The position numbers and the translations under genes are program-made. A DNA stretch of 21,942 bases from [Clostridium] fimetarium (GTDB taxonomy: Bacteria; Bacillota; Clostridia; Lachnospirales; Lachnospiraceae). Positions 16,012 through 21,942 of the stretch are shown one piece after another. A model generated the notes under the pieces. The model made no database searches. It was not told the DNA's origin and was given only the letters and a program-made list of their open reading frames with translations. The stretch's first letter is position 1; each line of letters begins with the position of its first letter. Location: assembly GCF_900111235.1 (NCBI RefSeq), contig NZ_FOJI01000028.1, positions 1 to 21,942 of the forward strand. Reading direction: 5' to 3'.

Positions 16012-18252
16012 ATGGATTTAACTATGATTTTGATTTTAGCAGTAGTAGGTATTTTCGTAGTATACTTAGTCATCTTTCAGATTTTAGGTTTAAGGGTAAT
16101 CAATTCTAACGAAGTGGCTGTTGTAGAGAAGTGGTGGAGTGTTAGAGGTTCACTTAAAAATTCAATCATCGCCCTTGGTGGTGAGGCAGGTTATGAGCCT
16201 GAACTATTACGTGGAGGTATTCATTTTCGCTCAGTACTTATGTACAAGATATACAAATATCCATTGATTACAGTACCACAGGGTCAGATCGCTTACATTT
16301 TCTCAAGAGATGGAAATCCTCTTTCACCAACACAGACACTTGGTAAGGTCGTTCCAGAAGCGAATAATTTCCAAGACGTAAAAGGATTCTTACAAAATGG
16401 TGGACAAAAAGGACCACAAAGGGGAATTATAAGAGAAGGAACTTATGCAATTAACTTAGCACAATTTATTGTGATTACCATAAGTGACATTAAGGCTATC
16501 AATATTTCAAGACAAGATAGAAATGAACTTTTGACAATGCAGCAGACACTTGAGCAAAGAAACGGATTTACACCAGTTATCATTATGGGAAATCAAGTCG
16601 AAGACACTGATCAGATGTGTATTGTTACAGTCCATGACGGACTTCCACTTGAACAGGGCGAGATCATTGCGAATGATGTAGGACCTGAACATTCTAATTT
16701 TCAGGATCCTGAAAAGTTCCTAGAACTTGGCGGAAGACGTGGTAAGCAGATACGAGTACTTACTGATGGTACATATTTCATTAATAGACTTTTTGCAACA
16801 GTTGAATATAGACCAAAAACGGTAGTTCCTATTGGTTTTGTTGGAGTTGTAGTATCATTTTTTGGTAAAGAAGGCGTTGATACAACTGGAATCGATTATA
16901 AGCATGGCGAACTTGTTGCCAATGGCTGCAAGGGTGTTTTAGAGAAACCGCTTATGTCAGGAAAATATGCATTTAATACAGATGCAGGTAAAGTAGTTCT
17001 TGTTCCAACCACTAATATTATTTTAAAATGGAATAAGAGTGAAACAGGCGATCATAAATATGATGAAAATCTTACTGAAGTAGATATCATAACAAAAGAT
17101 GCATTTGAACCATCATTACCGCTATCAGTTGTTATGCATATCGATTACAAACAAGCACCATGGGTTATTCAAAGATTTGGCGATATTAATATGTTAGTTA
17201 ACCAGTCACTTGATCCACTTGTAAGTGCTTATTTCAAGGATGTTGCGCAGACAAAGACATTGATAGAATTGATTCAAGAGCGTAGTGAGATTCGTGAAAG
17301 AGCAGTCGAGGAAATGCACGAGAAGTTCCAAAAATATAATCTTCAATTAGAAGAAGTCCTTATCGGAACACCAAAGACGAATGCTGGGGATATTATGATT
17401 GAGAACATCCTTACACAGCTTCGTGAAAGACAAATTGCTGAAGAAAAGAAGATAACTTATCAGAAACAACAGCAAGCGGCAGAGAGTGAGAAATCACTTC
17501 GTGAAGCTGAGGCTACTGCATCACAGCAAGGATTACTTACAAAATCAAAGATTCAGATTGAAATTGAAGGAAACAGCGGTGCAGCACTTGCAAGTAAAGC
17601 TGAACAGGAAGCGAATCAAATTGTTGCACTTGCCAAAGCAAATTCAACTAAGATACGATTAGAAGGTGAAGCAGAGGCTTCTAAAGAGTCAAATGTCGGT
17701 CTTGCAAAAGCACAGGCAATTGATGCTCAAGTAAAGGCATATGGTGGAGCAGAATATCGTATTATTCAGGAAATTGCTGATAAACTTTCAGATGCAATTA
17801 AGAATGCTCATGTTGATATTGTACCTAAAACAGTCGTTAACATGGGAGGAAGTGGTGAAAATGGAGAGAACGGAAGCGGTACAATCATTGATGCATTGCT
17901 AAAGTTTATTACCTTAGACAAATTAGGTGTTCCTTTGAAAAGCCCAAATGTAGGAAAGTATGAAGCACCAACTGTAGCACCTTATGATACAAATCAAGAA
18001 GTAGCAGATGGCACCTCAGCGGAGGAAGTAGTAGATTCATCAAATGAATCCGTTGACAAAGCTTTAAAAGAATCAAAAGAAACGACTTCAACAAATGAAA
18101 AAACCGATGAAACAACAGCTTCTGCTACAAAAGAAGAAAAGGAATCGGCAGCAGATAAATCAGCTGCAAAGAAAACAATCGCTGCGAAAAAAGAATCAGA
18201 AGAACAGCCAGAAAAGATAAAACTAAGCAAGTATAGCTTTAAGACATTTTAA
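16012..18252 (+). CDS. flotillin-like SPFH/band-7 domain protein (FloT/YuaG-like) with N-terminal TM anchor, coiled-coil flotillin region and long acidic S/T/K/E-rich disordered C-terminal tail
   Basis: TM segment LTMILILAVVGIFVVYLVIFQILGL. The SPFH core is followed by E/A/K/Q-rich heptad-like repeats (AEEKKITYQKQQQAAESEKSLREAEATA...). Start ATG 16012 with SD AAAGGGGAA; the ORF track's 15994 is a GTG. Confidence 0.85.
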   Translation: MDLTMILILAVVGIFVVYLVIFQILGLRVINSNEVAVVEKWWSVRGSLKNSIIALGGEAGYEPELLRGGIHFRSVLMYKIYKYPLITVPQGQIAYIFSRDGNPLSPTQTLGKVVPEANNFQDVKGFLQNGGQKGPQRGIIREGTYAINLAQFIVITISDIKAINISRQDRNELLTMQQTLEQRNGFTPVIIMGNQVEDTDQMCIVTVHDGLPLEQGEIIANDVGPEHSNFQDPEKFLELGGRRGKQIRVLTDGTYFINRLFATVEYRPKTVVPIGFVGVVVSFFGKEGVDTTGIDYKHGELVANGCKGVLEKPLMSGKYAFNTDAGKVVLVPTTNIILKWNKSETGDHKYDENLTEVDIITKDAFEPSLPLSVVMHIDYKQAPWVIQRFGDINMLVNQSLDPLVSAYFKDVAQTKTLIELIQERSEIRERAVEEMHEKFQKYNLQLEEVLIGTPKTNAGDIMIENILTQLRERQIAEEKKITYQKQQQAAESEKSLREAEATASQQGLLTKSKIQIEIEGNSGAALASKAEQEANQIVALAKANSTKIRLEGEAEASKESNVGLAKAQAIDAQVKAYGGAEYRIIQEIADKLSDAIKNAHVDIVPKTVVNMGGSGENGENGSGTIIDALLKFITLDKLGVPLKSPNVGKYEAPTVAPYDTNQEVADGTSAEEVVDSSNESVDKALKESKETTSTNEKTDETTASATKEEKESAADKSAAKKTIAAKKESEEQPEKIKLSKYSFKTF

Positions 18253-18272
18253 ATTATTATTTAAGAACTATT

Positions 18273-18310
18273 ATGGAGGATGCGGATATTTCCGGTCCTC
18301 CATTTTGGGT
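18273..18310 (+). terminator. Rho-independent terminator after the flotillin gene
   Basis: atggaggatgcgga ... tccggtcctccat forms an imperfect GC-rich stem, followed by TTTTGGGTT. Confidence 0.5.
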
Positions 18311-18362
18311 TCTAGGTTTTAATGGGCATATTACTATAATAAATACGAAAGAAACTTAAAAA

Positions 18363-19601
18363 GTGAAAATAAGATTAATTACATTTATTCAAAAAGAAAT
18401 TGTTCTGTGTATTGCGGTTCTATGTGCGATTATATCCGCGTTTCTAATTCCACCATCGAAAGCGTATATAGATTACATAGACTTTAGAGTACTAGCACTA
18501 CTATTTTGCCTAATGCTCGTAGTTGCAGGATTTCAAACGATAGGTTTGTTTGAAAATATAATTGAGAAAATGATAAAACATATCAGCAATACAAGGCAAC
18601 TTGCATTTGCACTGGTACTGATTTGCTTTTTTACAAGTATGTTTATTACAAATGATGTTGCATTAATCACATTTGTACCATTTGCAATCATGACTTTGCA
18701 GAAGATCAAAAAAGAAAAGTTGATGATATTTGTTATCGTCATGCAGACAATTGCAGCTAATCTGGGTAGCATGTTTACACCACTTGGAAACCCGCAGAAT
18801 CTGTATTTATATTCAATTTCTCAAATGGATATTTTAGGATTTCTAAGGCTTATGTTTCCAGTCACATGTTTATCTTTCGTATTAATTGCAGTGACATTGC
18901 TATTTATGAAAAATGAAAAAATAGGGACATTAGAGAAAATAGGGACATTAGAGGAAATAGGGACATTAGAGGAAATAGGGAAATTAGAGGAAATAGGCAC
19001 ATTAGAAGAAATAGGAATAATAGAGGAAATAGGTGCAGTAGAGGAAAAAGGGACAATAGACGTCAGTAGATCGGTCAACCTTGACCGGGTGCAAATGACG
19101 GCTTTTATAGTATTGTTTGCAATTTGTCTATGTACAGTACTCCATATGATTGATTATAGAATTGCAATCGTTATTGTAGTGATTACAGTACTTATATTTA
19201 ATCGAAAATTACTTGCGAAAGCAGACTATTTACTCTTGCTGACATTTGTGGCATTCTTTATATTTGTGGGAAATATGAAGCATATGACATGTATTGCAAA
19301 TGTACTTGCTAGCGTTGTAAGTGGTAATGAAATTATAGTTTCAACAATAGCAAGCCAAGTAATTAGTAACGTTCCTGCGGCAATACTACTTTCGGGATTC
19401 ACAAAAAATTATTCTATGTTAATACTTGGAACAAATATTGGTGGACTCGGAACGTTGATAGCCTCGATGGCAAGTTTGATTTCATATAAAATTTATGGAA
19501 AAACAGAAGGTGCTCGAAAGGGTAAATATTTGGCAGTGTTTTCTGTGTTCAATCTGATATATCTTTTTATTATTTTGACGGCTTGCATTATAATTGTTTA
19601 A
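18363..19601 (+). CDS. ArsB/NhaD-superfamily (CitMHS/YbiR-like) anion/ion permease with a central (EIGTLE)n repeat loop
   Basis: Polytopic protein. It carries TNDVALITFVPFA and the TPLGNPQNLYLYS motif characteristic of the ArsB/NhaD permease superfamily. The start is uncertain: GTG 18363 has a weak SD. Confidence 0.7.
   Translation: MKIRLITFIQKEIVLCIAVLCAIISAFLIPPSKAYIDYIDFRVLALLFCLMLVVAGFQTIGLFENIIEKMIKHISNTRQLAFALVLICFFTSMFITNDVALITFVPFAIMTLQKIKKEKLMIFVIVMQTIAANLGSMFTPLGNPQNLYLYSISQMDILGFLRLMFPVTCLSFVLIAVTLLFMKNEKIGTLEKIGTLEEIGTLEEIGKLEEIGTLEEIGIIEEIGAVEEKGTIDVSRSVNLDRVQMTAFIVLFAICLCTVLHMIDYRIAIVIVVITVLIFNRKLLAKADYLLLLTFVAFFIFVGNMKHMTCIANVLASVVSGNEIIVSTIASQVISNVPAAILLSGFTKNYSMLILGTNIGGLGTLIASMASLISYKIYGKTEGARKGKYLAVFSVFNLIYLFIILTACIIIV
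18915..19060 (+). repeat. in-frame 18-bp tandem repeat (~8 units, GAAATAGGGACATTAGAG) inside the permease gene, encoding (E/K)(E/K)IGTL repeats
   Basis: Directly visible. The units diverge at the 3' end (ataggcacattagaagaa, ataggaataatagaggaa, ataggtgcagtagaggaa). Confidence 0.9.
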
Positions 19602-19602
19602 A

Positions 19603-19736
19603 ACAATCTTGATTAAATGCTTGCATAATGGGAATTAAATTCGCATGCAAGCGGATAGGAGTTAATGTGAAAATTAAAAGCATATTTTCACAATCTTGAT
19701 TAAAATGCTTGCTTAAGCAAGCGGATAGGAGTTTAA
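19603..19736 (+). repeat. duplicated ~45-60-bp leader segment (acaatcttgattaaa(a)tgcttgc...gcaagcggataggagtt), each copy holding a GCTTGC..GCAAGC hairpin directly 5' of an SD; copy 2 precedes the GNAT start, copy 1 precedes an ATG-TGA start-stop
   Basis: Copy 1 spans 19603-19663, with hairpin 19619-19652 and ATGTGA at 19665-19670. Copy 2 spans 19690-19733, with the perfect palindrome GCTTGCTTAAGCAAGC at 19707-19722, then the GNAT ATG at 19737. Confidence 0.7.
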
Positions 19737-20234
19737 ATGAAATACAATATGATACCAATCAAATCACAAAACCAGATTGAAGAATTCGCAAAAATGGCTG
19801 AGATCGTCTGGAATGAGCATTTTACTAGTATAATTGGAAAGGAACAAGTTGATTATATGTTGGAAAGATTTCAATCAGAGCAGGCCGTAACGCAGCAGAT
19901 TGATAATCAAGGATACGAGTATTATTTTATAGAAATCGAAGGGAATAAAGTAGGATATTCTGGTATTCACATGGAAGCAGAGAAGATGTTCTTAAGTAAG
20001 CTATACATATTGAAAGATTACAGAAAGAAAGGATATGCAAGTCTGGCATTTGCATTCTTATGTAATAGGTGTAAAGAAAATGGACTGAGAAGTATCTATC
20101 TTACTGTAAATAAATACAATACAGATACAATACAGGTATATGAAGCGAAAGGATTCAAAATCATAAAAGATCAAGTATCAGACATTGGAAATGGATTTGT
20201 TATGGACGATTATGTAATGGAATTAACCATCTAA
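19737..20234 (+). CDS. GNAT family N-acetyltransferase
   Basis: The acetyl-CoA binding region LYILKDYRKKGYASLAFAFL and the overall ~165 aa size fit the GNAT fold. SD GGATAGGAG. Confidence 0.85.
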   Translation: MKYNMIPIKSQNQIEEFAKMAEIVWNEHFTSIIGKEQVDYMLERFQSEQAVTQQIDNQGYEYYFIEIEGNKVGYSGIHMEAEKMFLSKLYILKDYRKKGYASLAFAFLCNRCKENGLRSIYLTVNKYNTDTIQVYEAKGFKIIKDQVSDIGNGFVMDDYVMELTI

Positions 20235-20239
20235 ATTGC

Positions 20240-20280
20240 GGCCAATATCATAGGAAAGTATGATATTGGCCTATTTTTTA
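20240..20280 (+). terminator. Rho-independent terminator after the GNAT gene
   Basis: Perfect 13-bp stem ggccaatatcata / tatgatattggcc, loop ggaaag, then tattttta. Confidence 0.8.
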
Positions 20281-20586
20281 TATTTTTGAAAATAGCCTGA
20301 TTAAAGTAAAATGTGGAAATTGATTAATATATTATATTATTATTGAGAAATTATTTCTAAACTTTAGTGAAAATCATATTGACATTATTTTAAAAAGATG
20401 ATAAATTTATATTGAAATCAATGGCGATTTACATGGGCAGTAGTCTAATGTAATTTGCCATTTTTTTATTTTAAGCGTTGAAACTAATAAAAGAATGTGG
20501 TTTTGGCTAAAATATAGATATAGTTTTAACGTTGTATCGAGAACTTAAAAACGAATTTAATTCAACTAAGGAAGGAACGTAATGTT

Positions 20587-21831
20587 ATGATAATTAATTC
20601 AGGAGATTGTGCTTTTATTTTATTTTGTTCAGCATTAGTATTTTTGATGACGCCAGGTTTGGCATTTTTCTATTCAGGTATGGTTAGTAGAAAGAATGCT
20701 CTAAATACACTTCTATCTTGCTTCTTTATTTGTGGATTAGCTTCATTAATGTGGGTGATTTTTGGATATTCACTAGCTTTTGGAACGAATCATGGAGGAA
20801 TCATAGGAGGATTTAATCATATATTCTTCAATGGGGTAGATAATATTAATCCAGATTATTCTTCTACAATTCCTGAGAGTCTTTTTGCTACATTTCAAAT
20901 GATGTTTGCAATTATTACTCCAGCGCTAATTTGTGGTTCATTAATTGGAAGAATGAAATTTTCAAAACTAGTAGCATTTGTTGCAATATGGTCAATTGTC
21001 GTATATTATCCATTGGCACATATGGTTTGGGGAACTGGTGGATTTTTAAAAGGATTAGGTGCACTTGATTTCGCAGGTGGAAATGTTGTACATATCAGTT
21101 CAGGTGTTACTGGATTGGTTGCCTGCATAATGCTTGGAAGGCGTCGTGAACATGGATTTAAATCTTACAAGCCACATAATATTCCCTTTGTAGTACTAGG
21201 AGCAGGAATACTATGGTTTGGTTGGTTTGGTTTCAATGCGGGAAGTGCATTGGCTGCAGATGGCATTGCTATTCATGCATTTATCACAACAAATACATCA
21301 GCTGCAACTGCATTGTTATCATGGATGTTAGTAGAGAGAGTATTACATGGTAAGGCAACAACGCTTGGGGCTGCAACAGGTGCAGTAGTTGGTTTGGTTG
21401 CAATTACACCAGGAGCAGGATATGTTCCAATTTGGGCATCTTTCATTATTGGTGCGCTAGTAAGTCCGATTTGTTATATATTCATGACTAAGGTAAAAGA
21501 GAAATTCAAGTATGATGATGCACTTGATGCATTTGGATGTCACGGAGTTGGTGGTATCTGGGGTGGAATCGCAACAGGAATTTTTGCAAGTAAAGATGTA
21601 AATCCGCTTGTTACATGGAATGGCTTAATCTATGGAGAAACAAGACTGTTTGGAGTACAATTGATTAGTATTGCTGTTACAATTGTGATTGCAGTCTCTG
21701 CAACAGTGGTTATTATGTCAGTGTTGAAACATTTTGGTGGAGTCCGTGTTACAGATGAGGAAGAAGCGAGAGGGTTGGATTATTCTGAGCATAGTGAGTC
21801 GGCCTATCCTGCATTTACGGGATTGGATTAA
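20587..21831 (+). CDS. amt: ammonium transporter (Amt/MEP/Rh family)
   Basis: DFAGGNVVHISSGVTGLVACIMLGRR and the GAVVGLVAITPGAGYV motif are diagnostic Amt signatures. About 11 TM helices. SD AAGGAAGGA 9 nt upstream of ATG 20587. Confidence 0.9.
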   Translation: MIINSGDCAFILFCSALVFLMTPGLAFFYSGMVSRKNALNTLLSCFFICGLASLMWVIFGYSLAFGTNHGGIIGGFNHIFFNGVDNINPDYSSTIPESLFATFQMMFAIITPALICGSLIGRMKFSKLVAFVAIWSIVVYYPLAHMVWGTGGFLKGLGALDFAGGNVVHISSGVTGLVACIMLGRRREHGFKSYKPHNIPFVVLGAGILWFGWFGFNAGSALAADGIAIHAFITTNTSAATALLSWMLVERVLHGKATTLGAATGAVVGLVAITPGAGYVPIWASFIIGALVSPICYIFMTKVKEKFKYDDALDAFGCHGVGGIWGGIATGIFASKDVNPLVTWNGLIYGETRLFGVQLISIAVTIVIAVSATVVIMSVLKHFGGVRVTDEEEARGLDYSEHSESAYPAFTGLD

Positions 21832-21942
21832 AAGTTGGTAAAGGGGAGTGAATATGAATTCATAATGATTCATTGTGCTTGCCTTTCCTTCAAGCAGCAT
21901 GTTCTTTACAAGCCTCAGAGATGATAAAAAGACTCGCTTACG

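Noticed and set aside
15927-16109. 60-aa ORF 15927..16109 overlapping the flotillin start
   Set aside because: It is out of frame with the flotillin gene and overlaps it. It has no SD, and its translation is not protein-like.
20235-20586. GlnR/TnrA box (TGTNA-N7-TNACA) or glutamine riboswitch upstream of amt
   Set aside because: No match to the TnrA/GlnR palindrome was found by eye; only a plausible TTGACA-N17-TAAATT promoter at ~20381. The nitrogen-regulatory site may be non-canonical.
21718-21900. 60-aa minus-strand ORF at the window end and short + strand ORFs after amt (ATGAATTCATAA etc.)
   Set aside because: They overlap the amt 3' end or are 3-20 codons without an SD. The window ends before any downstream gene such as glnB could be seen.

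Overview
This is a low-GC Firmicutes (Clostridia-like) chromosomal window. All 19 supportable protein genes lie on the + strand, and there are no rRNA/tRNA genes or CRISPR arrays.

Genes in order: AraC-type regulator, sCache_2 methyl-accepting chemotaxis protein, MutY adenine glycosylase, Gfo/Idh/MocA oxidoreductase, signal-peptide-less S8 subtilase, TetR regulator, ABC ATPase plus two ABC-2 permeases (MutFEG / lantibiotic-immunity type), radical SAM enzyme, LytTR response regulator, AgrC-like HPK10 histidine kinase, LytTR-box-controlled secreted C39-like (YvpB-like) cysteine peptidase, flotillin-like SPFH protein, ArsB/NhaD-superfamily permease, GNAT acetyltransferase and Amt ammonium transporter.

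The most interesting content is the tightly packed putative operon at 8239-13975 plus the LytTR-controlled peptidase gene to 15291. It pairs an immunity-type ABC transporter with a radical SAM enzyme (CX3CX2C plus a partial SPASM / twitch-like C-terminus) and an Agr-like LytTR/HPK10 two-component system, but no agrB/agrD and no recognisable precursor peptide. This is a candidate undescribed peptide-signal / RiPP-like module.

The window is also unusually rich in short tandem repeats. Two are intergenic (a 17-bp unit at 4241-4410 and an AG-rich unit at 8055-8232). Two are in-frame 18-bp coding repeats, in the ABC ATPase and in the permease. A GC-rich (~50%) palindromic repeat element sits at 15292-15710, between the peptidase and flotillin genes. 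Several Rho-independent terminators, two sigma-A-type promoters and a duplicated hairpin leader with a start-stop mini-ORF are visible.
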